64,000 bases of DNA from Polyangiaceae bacterium (GCA_035063585.1 JAPSGB010000005.1:64001-128000); one strand, 5' to 3'; positions 50,226-60,159 are shown, counted from the stretch's first letter. Notes: generated from the letters alone by a model not told the origin. Program-made: numbers and translations.

Positions 50226-51005
50226 ATGCGCATGGTTGACGGCGCAGCCTCGCGGCTTCGGCGCGGCTACGATCGTCGCAGCTTGGTCGCGCTCGCCGCG
50301 CTCGTCGTGGTCGGAGGCGCGGTCGGCTACCGCTTCAGCGACCTCATCGACGTCTCGGGCGGCTTCGACTACCTGCTCGCGTTCACCTGGCTCGTGATGA
50401 CCGCGCTCCTGGTCTGGAACGTCGACGCGCGGCACGATCTCACGCTGCTCGTGGTCGCGTTCGCAGGCGGCGCGGTCATCGAGTGGTGGGGCACGAGCAC
50501 CCAGCTCTGGTCGTACTTCACGGTCGAGCGCCCGCCGCTCTGGATCCTGCCCGCCTGGCCCATCGCGGCGCTCGCCATCGATCGCCTGGCGGTCGGCCTC
50601 CACGCGGCGTTCCGCGCGCGCGGCACCGAACGGCAGTATCGAGCCCTCTACTGGCTCATCATGCCGGGGTTCATCGCGGCGATGACGCGGTTCGCGTGGC
50701 CTACCATCCACATGCGGGCGACGCTGGTGGTGGTAGCGCTCATGCTCGCGCTGCTGGTGACCGTCCGCGACCATCGCCGTGACGTGACGATGTTCGCGGG
50801 CGGTTCGCTACTCGGGTTCTTCCTCGAGTATTGGGGCACGAGCCGCGAGTGCTGGACGTACTACACGCGCGAGGTGCCGCCGCTCGAGTGCGTGTTCGCG
50901 CACGGGTTCGCGGCGATCGCCTTCGCGCGCGGGGCGGCGCTCGCCGAGCGGCTCGTCGCCGTGGCGCTCGCCGTGGCTCCGCGCCGGACCGGCATTCAGG
51001 CCTGA
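50226..51005 (+). CDS. Integral membrane protein with internal duplication
   Basis: About 7-8 TM helices; two ExWGT...WxY.T.E.PPL units. Start uncertain. Confidence 0.75.
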   Translation: MRMVDGAASRLRRGYDRRSLVALAALVVVGGAVGYRFSDLIDVSGGFDYLLAFTWLVMTALLVWNVDARHDLTLLVVAFAGGAVIEWWGTSTQLWSYFTVERPPLWILPAWPIAALAIDRLAVGLHAAFRARGTERQYRALYWLIMPGFIAAMTRFAWPTIHMRATLVVVALMLALLVTVRDHRRDVTMFAGGSLLGFFLEYWGTSRECWTYYTREVPPLECVFAHGFAAIAFARGAALAERLVAVALAVAPRRTGIQA

Positions 51006-51047
51006 CCTTCGCGCTCGCGCCCCGCGAAGCCGGTCATGCGTGGTGCC

Positions 51048-51863
51048 CTAGCGACAGTCCGAGAACACCTGCTCGTGGAGCGCGCGCCCGAGCACCTCGT
51101 GACCGGCCGGGCCGAAGTGGAGCCCGTCCTTGAAGGGCTTCGCGAGCTCGGGGCAGAGCCGCTCGGGATCACCGCACGAGAGGAGCGGGTACGCGTCGAC
51201 CGCGTGCTCGATGGCGCCCGCGTGCGCGCGCTCGACGATGAAGCGATTCAGCGCCACGGTCGAGGCCGAGCGATCGGCGGTGAAGTAGCGGGTGAAGCCG
51301 CCCCAGGGCGTCACCGTGATGGCGACGACGCGCATGCCGTGGGCGTGAGCCTGCCGGTAGAGTGCGTCGAGATCCTCCTCGATGCGCGGGTTGGTGCGCC
51401 CGGCGGTCAGGTTGCTGTAGAGATCGTTGACGCCGCCGAACACGATGAGGTGCGTGTAGCGCGGCCTCGACGCGCGCTCGCCGCCGGTCTCGCCGAGCAC
51501 GTCTCGGGCGAAGCGGCGGCGCATCTGGTTTACCATGTTGCCGCCCACGCCGTAGTTGTCGAAGCGGCTCTCCGGGCAGCGCGCGGCGAGGTAGGTGAGG
51601 TATCTCCCGCCGTGGGAGCGCGCGTCGGTGAGCGAGTCGCCGAGGGCGGCCACCACGTACTTCCGCCGCGGTCGCTCCGGCGGCGGGGTCGAGGGGGCAG
51701 GCGCGGAGCGGGGCGGGAGCGCGGAGGAAGCGCTGCTCGGCGCGGCGCGCACGGGATTCGAGGCTGGCGCGGGCGCGGGAGCCCCGGCGAAGAGGCCGGC
51801 AGCGAGCACCGCGCCCGCCACCCCGAGCGCGGAGAGCGAGGGGGTCATGCCGCGCGCCGCCAT
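51048..51863 (-). CDS. Secreted SGNH/GDSL hydrolase
   Basis: LGDSLT, GVGG, GGVND, DGLHF. Confidence 0.9.
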   Translation of the reverse strand: MAARGMTPSLSALGVAGAVLAAGLFAGAPAPAPASNPVRAAPSSASSALPPRSAPAPSTPPPERPRRKYVVAALGDSLTDARSHGGRYLTYLAARCPESRFDNYGVGGNMVNQMRRRFARDVLGETGGERASRPRYTHLIVFGGVNDLYSNLTAGRTNPRIEEDLDALYRQAHAHGMRVVAITVTPWGGFTRYFTADRSASTVALNRFIVERAHAGAIEHAVDAYPLLSCGDPERLCPELAKPFKDGLHFGPAGHEVLGRALHEQVFSDCR

Positions 51864-51951
51864 CCCCGAGGTCTTAGCACGGCGGCCGGGCGCGTTCGGC
51901 CGCCCGTGGAGGTGGCCCGGGACCGCGCGCTCAATTAGGCTCGCCTCTCCG

Positions 51952-52707
51952 ATGGGACCGAGAGAGATCTACCTGCGGACGCGCAAGCGCCCGGATCTCG
52001 TCTTCAACACCTACGTCGCGCGGCCGCCAGCGGCGGTGGTGGTAGCGCTCGTCGCCCCGACCCGCGTCACTCCGAATCAGATCACCCTCGCCGCGCTCGG
52101 CGTCGCGGCAGTCGCCGCGGCGCTCATCATCGGCGCGCCGGGCTACGCGGGCTTGCTCGCGGCGATCGTCGTGTACGAACTCTCATACGTGCTCGACTGC
52201 GCCGACGGCATGCTCGCGCGCCTCCGCGGCATCGCGTCCCCCTCCGGGCACCTCCTCGATTTTCTGATGGACGAGCTGAAGGCCTTCATCATCTTGGGTG
52301 CCGTGGGCGTGCGGCTCTACCGCGAGCCCGGCGCGCGTTGGGCATTCCCTCCAGGAAGCCCGTGGTGGCTGCTCCTCACGGTGGCGGGGCTGGTCTGCCT
52401 GGCGAGCGGGATCGCCCTCACCACGTTTGTTCGACGCCCCGAGATCGCCGGACCGCCGGTCGCCGCTCCCGCCGCGGTGGCGCCGGCGTCGCGAAGCCCC
52501 GTGAGGCTCGCGCTCCGGGCGCTCGAGCGGGTCGCCAAGCTCTGTATCCACTACCCCTCGTACATCCTCATGGTCGCGCTGGTCGGGCGCCTCGAGCTCT
52601 ACTTTTTCCCCTACGTTGCCGTGAACGCGCTCTACGCGCTGCGCGCGCTCGCGCAGGTGGCGCTCCGCTTCGGGCGCAGCGACTGGGCGCCGCGCGACGG
52701 AGCGTGA
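51952..52707 (+). CDS. CDP-alcohol phosphatidyltransferase family protein
   Basis: TPNQIT; DCADGMLAR...GHLLDFLMD signature. Confidence 0.9.
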   Translation: MGPREIYLRTRKRPDLVFNTYVARPPAAVVVALVAPTRVTPNQITLAALGVAAVAAALIIGAPGYAGLLAAIVVYELSYVLDCADGMLARLRGIASPSGHLLDFLMDELKAFIILGAVGVRLYREPGARWAFPPGSPWWLLLTVAGLVCLASGIALTTFVRRPEIAGPPVAAPAAVAPASRSPVRLALRALERVAKLCIHYPSYILMVALVGRLELYFFPYVAVNALYALRALAQVALRFGRSDWAPRDGA

Positions 52708-52720
52708 GCGCGGCCCCGCG

Positions 52721-54301
52721 TCACTGATCGACGTGGCGCCGCTCCGCGGCGAAGAGCTCGATCACGCGCTGGTCGTCGAGGGTGATGATGGAGTCGTCGG
52801 GCGGCGCCTCGAGATCACGCGGCATCACGAAGAGCCCGGAGAGGGTGCGCTCGTCGAGGTAGCGGAGCCCGGCAGGCGGGGGAGGTAGGTGCGCGCGCGG
52901 CGGCGCGGTGCCGCACAGGAAGAAGCCCCAGTCGCCGAAGGTGGTCACCGCCGCGTGGTACGGCGCGCAGGTGAGCCCGGCCGCGGCGAGCGTGCGCCCG
53001 ATGAGGGCGTAGGTGCGCGGCGCGACGAAGGGGCTCGTCGCCTGGACGGTCGCGGCCCCGCCAGGGGCGAGCCGTCGTGCGAGCCGCCGGAAGAACTCAC
53101 GCGTGAAGTTCTTGGCGTCCAGGTACTCGTCGGGATCGAACATCCCGGCGATGATCACGTCGAAGCGGGATGCTCCGGCGCCGAGCCACACGATCGGCTC
53201 GGCCTCGAGCACGCGGACCTTGGGCGAACGCAGGCTGTCGGCTGACGCGTGGCGGAGCCACGCGAGCCGCTTCGCGAGCGCTGGGCCGGCGGCGTCGACG
53301 GTGACCACCGTGACGCTCTCCACCTCCGGGTAGCGGAGGAGCTCGCGCTCGGCCATGCCATCTCCCGCGCCGAGCACGAGCACGCGCGCTCGCCGCGCGG
53401 CGGAGAGCATGGCCGGGTGCACGAGCGCCTCGAAGTAGCGGTAGCCGTCGAGCTCGCTCACCGCGAGCTTGCCGTTCACGTAGAGCTCGAGAGTGCCCTG
53501 CCCGCTGGTGAGCGTGAACTCCTGGCGCGCGCCGCGTTGCTGGTAGAGGATCGGGTTCGGGTAGCTGCGCGCTTCGGCGCGCGGGTGAGCGTGCTCGAGC
53601 CACGCGAGGCTCGCCGCGCTCCCGAGGAGCGTCGCGAGCGCCGCCGCTCGTGCGGCGCGTGCGTGGACGTCGCGGCGGGACAGGAGCCGCTCCGCGAGCG
53701 GAGAGACCGCGACCGCGAGGCCCGCCAGCGCGAGCGCGAGGAAGAGCCCGCTGCGCTCGAGGTCGAGGTGACTCGTGAGCGCTGCGCCGCCGCCGAGCAG
53801 CGCGAGCACTCCGAGCAGCCGGAACGGCTCGAGCAGTCGCACGAGCGCGCCGAGCGCGAGGGCGACCGGCCCGAACAGTCGCCAGGTGGCGAGCGCGGTG
53901 GCGCCGAGGAGCGCGCCCTCGATCAGGGCGAGCCCGAGCGCGGCGGCATCGAAGACGGGTGGGCTCGTGAGCGCGGTTGCGAGGCCCGGAGCCGCCGCCC
54001 CGGTGACGAGCGCGAGCGCGGCGAGGAGCCCGGTCGCGCGCGCGCTGCCGGCGGCGGGGGAGCGCCTCGCCGCCCAGGCGCCCAGCGCGATTCCCGCGCC
54101 GAATAGACCATACCCGACCCAGAGCGGAGGCCCGAAGCCCGGGCCGAGGTGGGCCTCGAGCAACCGCGCGGCGACGTGATGCCCCGCGCCGAGCGCACCC
54201 GCGCCGAAGAGCACCGCAAAGAGCGCGAGCGGGCGGCCGTGATCGAGCTCCGCCGGTGCGGCGCTCGGGTCCGCGTACCCCGGCGGCGGGCTACTTGCCA
54301 C
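52721..54301 (-). CDS. Membrane-fused spermidine synthase-like protein with degenerate active site
   Basis: N-terminal TM bundle; YRYFEALVHP, VLVLGAGDG..RELL, FDVIIAGMFDP, FGDWGF. Confidence 0.82.
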   Translation of the reverse strand: MASSPPPGYADPSAAPAELDHGRPLALFAVLFGAGALGAGHHVAARLLEAHLGPGFGPPLWVGYGLFGAGIALGAWAARRSPAAGSARATGLLAALALVTGAAAPGLATALTSPPVFDAAALGLALIEGALLGATALATWRLFGPVALALGALVRLLEPFRLLGVLALLGGGAALTSHLDLERSGLFLALALAGLAVAVSPLAERLLSRRDVHARAARAAALATLLGSAASLAWLEHAHPRAEARSYPNPILYQQRGARQEFTLTSGQGTLELYVNGKLAVSELDGYRYFEALVHPAMLSAARRARVLVLGAGDGMAERELLRYPEVESVTVVTVDAAGPALAKRLAWLRHASADSLRSPKVRVLEAEPIVWLGAGASRFDVIIAGMFDPDEYLDAKNFTREFFRRLARRLAPGGAATVQATSPFVAPRTYALIGRTLAAAGLTCAPYHAAVTTFGDWGFFLCGTAPPRAHLPPPPAGLRYLDERTLSGLFVMPRDLEAPPDDSIITLDDQRVIELFAAERRHVDQ

Positions 54302-55739
54302 CGGTGAACACGCCGCTGCCGCCCCGTGACGAGCCGCTCGAGCCGCCAGAGCCGCAGGTGCCCATGCCGATGCAGAGGACGAGCACGACGATGATGATGA
54401 CCACCAGGACGAGGGCCGTGGTGCAGCCGCTCGCGCTGGAGCCGCTGGTCGCCGTCTCGGATGCCCCAGCGGGCGAATCGAGCGGGAGCCCGAACCCCTG
54501 GGCGATGACCGACCACGGGAGCTGGCGCGAGAAGCTCCAGTGGACCTCGCCCGCGCTCGCCTCGCGGCTCAGCACGTCGGTGCCGTTCACGAAGTCCATC
54601 ACCGAGGTGACGTCGCCGACCGTCACCTTCCAATAGACCTCGCCGAGCACGTAGTCGACGATGGCCTCGTTCTGGTTGCGAGCGGTGAAGCTTCGCCCGT
54701 TCCAGGTCACCAGCCCAGGCATCCTCGAGAGGTCGAGCTCGGCGATGTTCACCTCGACGACCCAGGACCAGTTGCCCTCGTCCTTGACCAGCCAGCGATA
54801 CCCGATGCCCTGGCTGAAGAGCAGGTACTCGTCCCAGCTGAAGAGCTCGCCCTCGACCTCCGCCATGCGGGTCATGGTCGCCGTGCACACATACTCGGTG
54901 CCATCGAACACGCCGCGCGCGCCGATGGGGATCTCCGGTCGGCTTCGCGCGGCCTCCTGCGTCGAGATGACGGTCTGGGCGGCGATGTCGCTCACTGCGC
55001 CGCAGAACGGGCAGCCGACGCGGAGCGCCCGCTCGCCCGATAGCTTCGGGATGTCGCCTCCGCAGCTCGGGCAGCGGATGCGGTCGGTCGCCACCTTCTG
55101 CACGGTGCGCGGGCCGACCGCGGTCACCTGCATCTGCGCCTCGGGGAAGACCCAACCGATGAAGAGCTCGGGCGGGTGACTCCGATCGCCGTAGTCGAGC
55201 GTCGCGAACGCGCCTTGCTGGCCGAAGCAGTCCGCGTAGTAGCGGATCTGCCCCGGGCGGAACACGCCGGGCAGCTCGCCCTCGGCGGAGCTGATGGTGC
55301 CTTGCTTGAGCTCGCCGACTCGGAGCGTCCCGCTCGCGCCGAGCGGAAGATCCATCTCGAGCCGGAGCGCTTCGTACGGCGGGATGGGGACCGCGCTCGT
55401 CTGCGCCGTCACGTACCAGTTGCCCTGCGCGAACGCGAGCCAGCCCCACGCGGTCCCGTAGTCGAACGCGACGTAGTACTCGTCCCAAGGGCCTGCGCCG
55501 TGGTCGAGCTGGACACGCCCCATGACCGTGAACGGTCGGCCCGCGAGCGTGCCCTGATCGCCCACCGCGATGAGCGATGGGGTGTTGGCGATGTCGGCGA
55601 TCCGCCCGAGGTTCTCGAGGCCGCGATCGGAGCGGAGCACCGTGGCGCGACAGTAGTCGCACACCTTCGAGACCGAGGAACCTACCCCGAACTCGATGGG
55701 TGCCCCGCACCCCGGACAGGTCCCTTGCGCAACGGCCAT
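54291..55739 (-). CDS. DUF4178 tandem-domain protein with zinc ribbons and C-terminal TM
   Basis: CPGCG..CDYC and CPSCG..CPFC; WDEY twice; VLGEVYWKV; TM helix then Gly-rich tail. Confidence 0.82.
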   Translation of the reverse strand: MAVAQGTCPGCGAPIEFGVGSSVSKVCDYCRATVLRSDRGLENLGRIADIANTPSLIAVGDQGTLAGRPFTVMGRVQLDHGAGPWDEYYVAFDYGTAWGWLAFAQGNWYVTAQTSAVPIPPYEALRLEMDLPLGASGTLRVGELKQGTISSAEGELPGVFRPGQIRYYADCFGQQGAFATLDYGDRSHPPELFIGWVFPEAQMQVTAVGPRTVQKVATDRIRCPSCGGDIPKLSGERALRVGCPFCGAVSDIAAQTVISTQEAARSRPEIPIGARGVFDGTEYVCTATMTRMAEVEGELFSWDEYLLFSQGIGYRWLVKDEGNWSWVVEVNIAELDLSRMPGLVTWNGRSFTARNQNEAIVDYVLGEVYWKVTVGDVTSVMDFVNGTDVLSREASAGEVHWSFSRQLPWSVIAQGFGLPLDSPAGASETATSGSSASGCTTALVLVVIIIVVLVLCIGMGTCGSGGSSGSSRGGSGVFTGGK

Positions 55740-55800
55740 GCTGGCGAGCAGGCGACTCTAGCAAGAACCGCCCGACCCGCGCCAGCCGTTTGAGCGCCGC

Positions 55801-56589
55801 TCAGCGCTTGATGTAGACGTACCCGTTCTCGATGCTGTGGAAGCTGTTCCCGCTGTTATCGACGAGCTTCGCGCGGAAGTCGCCCTCGAGGTCGTTCGGG
55901 CCCCGGCCCTGACGGAGCACGATCTCACACCAGCTTCCGTCGTTGATGGACCAGGTCGTGTCGGGAGCCTTGCCGTCCCAGGTGTCGCTCATGGCGACGC
56001 TCATGACGACGTCCTTCTTGGTGGGCGAGCCCTCGTAGCGCCCCGGCGCGAGCGTCTTCAGGAGGAGCACGTAGTTGGCGATCGTCTTGCCGCTCGCGTT
56101 CGCCTTGCCTTGGATCATCCACAGCCCGACGCCGTCCTTCAGCACCGGGGGCGTGGGGTCGACGAAGATGAGCGAGAGCCGCGTGCCGGTCGACTCCTTC
56201 AAGAAACGGATCGCGATGCCGGTGCCGTTGTCCCAGCCGGGGACCGTCCCCTTGATGCGCGTGACGTCCTCGTCGAAGGTGTCGAGGCGAGTGCCGCCGC
56301 CGCTGCCGCTGCCGCTGCCGCCGCCGCTGTCCGACGGTCTCGAGGGCTGGATGGCCTCCGAGTGCTTGTTCGGATCGTCGGGAGGTGCGGACGGTTGAGC
56401 CCCGCCGGAAGAGGTGGGCACTCCGTCGAGGATCTGTCCGATGAGGTCATCGGCGTGCCCGGTGCCGTCGTGGCCGCCGTGCGACGACGGCGACTCGGAG
56501 CCCGCCGAGTGGCCGTTGCCACAGGCAGCGGCTCCGAAGAGCAGACAGAAGGCCGCCGCATACGCCGCGTAGTTGTGATGAGTCGTCAT
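55801..56589 (-). CDS. Hypothetical lipoprotein
   Basis: Lipobox AAAC, disordered linker, beta-rich C-terminal domain. Confidence 0.75.
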   Translation of the reverse strand: MTTHHNYAAYAAAFCLLFGAAACGNGHSAGSESPSSHGGHDGTGHADDLIGQILDGVPTSSGGAQPSAPPDDPNKHSEAIQPSRPSDSGGGSGSGSGGGTRLDTFDEDVTRIKGTVPGWDNGTGIAIRFLKESTGTRLSLIFVDPTPPVLKDGVGLWMIQGKANASGKTIANYVLLLKTLAPGRYEGSPTKKDVVMSVAMSDTWDGKAPDTTWSINDGSWCEIVLRQGRGPNDLEGDFRAKLVDNSGNSFHSIENGYVYIKR

Positions 56590-56746
56590 CCTGCTAAACC
56601 TCGTGGTGCTGTTCCTGCGCTGCCCCGGCGACGCCGGGAGACAGAATCCTGAAAGGATACACGACTCCCGACTCGCGCACAAAGGGACGATTTTCTCAGC
56701 GGATCACCGGGGGGGTCATTTACAGAATGGCCGGAGCTTTGGGAGA

Positions 56747-58606
56747 ATGGGCGCCATGGTGAGAGACTCTTCACGCGTCAGGATTTTTCGCGGGGCGGTC
56801 GCGCTCGTCACGCTCGTCGCGCCGTTCGCTTGCGGCCCCGGTGGGTTTCTGAAACCGCCTTCCGCGCCGGCGTTCATCGACGACACGGACCCCGAGCGCG
56901 CGCGGGTCACCATGACCAAGAATCCGTCCGCGCCGCTCATCGTGGACTGGCAGCCCGAGAACCGTGGTGATCTCGAGGTAGCCATCAAGCGGGGCGTCGC
57001 GGTCGTGCACTTCGACGAGAAGTCCTTCGTGCTCTTGCCGCAATGCCGCGCGCGCGGGAATTACAACTATGTCGGGTATACCCCGAAGTCACAGAATATG
57101 ACCATCCGCTCGCGCGCGGAGCTCCAGGCGAACCTCCCGTACGGCGCCTTCAAGCTCGAGGGGAAGCTCGGCCAGGAGGGCGCGGTCATGGTCGCCCTCC
57201 GGATGGTGGGCCAGCGGATGTTCGACAGCCCGCACCTGTCGCGGGACAAGCTCGAGGGCGACTGCGCGCGCGCGACCCACTACATCTCGGCGCTCACCAT
57301 CGGCGCGTTCCGCTACGCCACCACCGCTCACGCGAGCGCGGAGGCCGCGGCGAGCATCTTCGGCGCCGGCGGGGGAGGGAAGACCTCGGGCGAAGCCGAG
57401 AACGTGACGACCGACGGCGACTTCGGCGCCTGCGACGGCGCCGATCCCGACGCGGAGTCCGCGCCGTCGCGCTGCCGCGCGCTGCTCCGGATCAACCTGG
57501 TCCCGCTGGACGGCGCGGTGGCCTCGGCGAGCGAGGGGCCGAAGTGCGGCGAGGGCATGAAATGGAACGGGCAGATGTGCGTCACCGAGCGGCGCATCCA
57601 GCAAGAGGCCCAGCAGTCGCCGACCTCGGAGCCCGCCCAGTCCTCCGCGGTCGCGAAGGGTTACGAGTGCAGCGAGGACGACGCGAACGAGTGCAAGGAG
57701 CAGTGCCGGGCCGGTAACCTGCCGTCGTGCAACCGGTTCGCCGGCTTCCTCGCCGCCGGGGCCGGCGGCTTCCCGCAGGACGTCGCGCGCGCGGTGAAGC
57801 TCTGGGGGATCGGCTGCCAGAGCAACTATGCGCCAGCGTGCACGTCCCTCGGCATGTACCTCGAGAGCAAGCGGCTCTTCCACGAGGCCGCCGAGATCGG
57901 CGGCAAGGGCTGTCGAGCCGGCGACCCCGGCGCCTGCACCAACGTTGCGGTGCTCGCCTATTTTGGCCGCGGCGTCGCGAAGAACCGCCAGGCGGCCTTC
58001 CAGCTGTGGCTCCGCGGCTGCAAGCTCCGCGATTGGACCGCGTGCAGCAACGTGGGCGCCATGCTCCTCCACGGGACGGACGGGGCGCCGAACAACCCCG
58101 AGGGCGCCCGCAAGCTCTTCACGGCGGCGTGCGAGGCGCCGGGCAAGGTCGGGTGCGGAAACCTCGCCGAGACCTACGAGCACGGGCTGGGCGGCCCGAA
58201 GGACACTGCCAAGGCGCTGGAGCTCTACCTGGCGTCGTGCGACGCCGGCGGCGCGACCTCGTGCGTCGCGGCCGGCCTCCTCACCGAGGAGAACAGCACC
58301 AAGCTCGAGTCCCGCCAGCGGGCGCTCGCGCTCTACGAGAAGGGCTGCGGCATGGGACCCGGCGGCGGGTGCGCGACGGTACAGGAGGTCCGCGCGTTCT
58401 ACCCGGGCGAGTACACGGACGAGGGCTACGACCGGCGCGCCTGTGACGACGGCGATCAGCGGGCGCTCGCCTGCTATAACGCCGCGATCGCCACCGAGCG
58501 CGGCTACGGCGGCTCGGTCGATCTCGCCAAGGCGACGCGCTACCTCGATCTCGCCTGTCGCCAGGGCGGGCTGAAGAAGGCCTGCCGGCCACCCCGCGCG
58601 CGCTGA
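56747..58606 (+). CDS. Cys-rich Sel1-like repeat lipoprotein
   Basis: PFAC lipobox; repeated C.N(L/V)(G/A)...G.G...A..L...C units. Start 56747 or 56756. Confidence 0.85.
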   Translation: MGAMVRDSSRVRIFRGAVALVTLVAPFACGPGGFLKPPSAPAFIDDTDPERARVTMTKNPSAPLIVDWQPENRGDLEVAIKRGVAVVHFDEKSFVLLPQCRARGNYNYVGYTPKSQNMTIRSRAELQANLPYGAFKLEGKLGQEGAVMVALRMVGQRMFDSPHLSRDKLEGDCARATHYISALTIGAFRYATTAHASAEAAASIFGAGGGGKTSGEAENVTTDGDFGACDGADPDAESAPSRCRALLRINLVPLDGAVASASEGPKCGEGMKWNGQMCVTERRIQQEAQQSPTSEPAQSSAVAKGYECSEDDANECKEQCRAGNLPSCNRFAGFLAAGAGGFPQDVARAVKLWGIGCQSNYAPACTSLGMYLESKRLFHEAAEIGGKGCRAGDPGACTNVAVLAYFGRGVAKNRQAAFQLWLRGCKLRDWTACSNVGAMLLHGTDGAPNNPEGARKLFTAACEAPGKVGCGNLAETYEHGLGGPKDTAKALELYLASCDAGGATSCVAAGLLTEENSTKLESRQRALALYEKGCGMGPGGGCATVQEVRAFYPGEYTDEGYDRRACDDGDQRALACYNAAIATERGYGGSVDLAKATRYLDLACRQGGLKKACRPPRAR

Positions 58607-58655
58607 CCGCCCGGGCGCGGCGCGTCGAGCATCCTCGGCGCGCCGCGGCCACGGC

Positions 58656-59606
58656 TCAGCGCGAGGCCTCGAGCTCCTCGGCGACCAGCCGAGCGAGCTC
58701 GTCGTCGGGCTCGGCCGCTCCGGGCGCAGATCGGCGCGCGGCTCCCCGCGCGAGCGATGCCTCGAGCTCCTCGAACGAGCCCGCTGCGGGTCCGCGCCGG
58801 CGCCCAATGGCGCGGAGCAGCCACGGCTTCGCGCCATCGAGGGTGTACTCGCCGCGCGCGAGCGCCGCCGGGTCCGATCTGAGCCGCTCGACGAGCCGGG
58901 GGTTCGACTGGAGCCAGGTGCTCGCCTCGCCGAGGGCGTCGAGCTGGGTCGCCCCGAGGTGTTTCCTCGCCTGCTTGAGCGGGTGCCCGCCCGCGCCCGC
59001 GAACAGCGCGAGGGCGACCGCGAGCTCGGCGACGCCGAGCGCGGTGACCGAGCTCACGCGCGGTCCCCCGCAGCTCTTCGCATAGATGTACGCGCCCTCG
59101 AGGAGCAGCGCGCCGAAGCCGAGCGCGACCGCGGTGAGGTCGATCGAGATGTCGAGCGGAGCCTCGAGGGGTTCGCGCTCGTCCCTGGTTTCCATCAGGA
59201 AGACCAAGGCGAGCGCGCGGGCGAGGTTGGCGGTGAGCACGGTCGGCTGCGCGAGCTCGGCGGCCGGCACGGTGAGGAGCCAGCCGTCTCCTTCTTCCGC
59301 GACTCGGGGCGCGGCCGAACTGCTCGGCGCGGCGCACGCTCCGCCGCCGCAGCAGCCGCCGCTCGCCGCCGCCGGATCGTCGCCGCCGAGCGCGACGCCT
59401 ACCGGGATGTCCTCCATGCCGGCGTGCTCGAGCATCCGCTCGACCAGCACCGCGACCGACTCGAGATCCGGCGTGAAGACGTCCGGAAAGGACGCGGCGT
59501 CGGGCAGCACCATCGGACGCCGGCCGAGCTCGCCGCCGAGCCGCGACGCGAGCCGCGCGTAACGCTCCACCACCTCGCGCAAGACCGACTCTTCGGGCAG
59601 GCTCAT
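58656..59606 (-). CDS. Hypothetical protein (zincin-like scaffold without HExxH; CCGGGAC motif)
   Basis: 316-aa ORF; IDLTAVALGFG segment; GGCCGGGAC and KSCGGP. Confidence 0.72.
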   Translation of the reverse strand: MSLPEESVLREVVERYARLASRLGGELGRRPMVLPDAASFPDVFTPDLESVAVLVERMLEHAGMEDIPVGVALGGDDPAAASGGCCGGGACAAPSSSAAPRVAEEGDGWLLTVPAAELAQPTVLTANLARALALVFLMETRDEREPLEAPLDISIDLTAVALGFGALLLEGAYIYAKSCGGPRVSSVTALGVAELAVALALFAGAGGHPLKQARKHLGATQLDALGEASTWLQSNPRLVERLRSDPAALARGEYTLDGAKPWLLRAIGRRRGPAAGSFEELEASLARGAARRSAPGAAEPDDELARLVAEELEASR

Positions 59607-59670
59607 CGCGCCCCATTGTCTCCCGAGCTCGGCGGGCGAGCAACCGGACGCGCGCCGCTTCGCCGCGCGC

Positions 59671-60159
59671 TCAGTCGGCGTCGTGCGGGGCGCGCACGCG
59701 CCGATGGTCGAGCTCGCCGCGCCGGATGCGCTCGAGCTCCGCGAGCCTGGTGACCACGCCGCGCGACACGATCTCGAGCACCTTGAGCACGAGCTCGTTC
59801 CGCTTCCCGGGCGCGCCGCCGTAAGAGATGCGGCTCTTGGCCCCTCTTCCGCTCGGCAGCTTGCCCGACGCCTCGCAGGTGACGCGCAGGACGTCCCCGT
59901 CCGCGACCACGCTGAGCTCCTTCACCGCGAACCGGTACTCGATGACGCTCCCCCGGCCGGCTCCCCAGTCGGCGCGGCGCGCGTGGTGCGCGAGCAGCCG
60001 CTCGAGCCGCTTCACGAAGAACCGTGCCCCGGGTACTTCTGCTGGAAATTCCAGGTGATCGAGCTTGACGGTCGGCCGGCCTCGATGCGGCGCGGCGTCG
60101 GCGACGGCGACCGTGAGGAGCACCGCCGCGAGCGCAAGGACTCGAACCGCGACGCGCAT
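59671..60159 (-). CDS. Secreted hypothetical protein
   Basis: Signal peptide ending ADA; 162 aa. Confidence 0.7.
   Translation of the reverse strand: MRVAVRVLALAAVLLTVAVADAAPHRGRPTVKLDHLEFPAEVPGARFFVKRLERLLAHHARRADWGAGRGSVIEYRFAVKELSVVADGDVLRVTCEASGKLPSGRGAKSRISYGGAPGKRNELVLKVLEIVSRGVVTRLAELERIRRGELDHRRVRAPHDAD

Noticed and set aside
56635..56700. c-di-GMP-I riboswitch around the GAAA hairpin
   Set aside because: The flanking conserved AAAC and GACGCAAA-type elements are missing.
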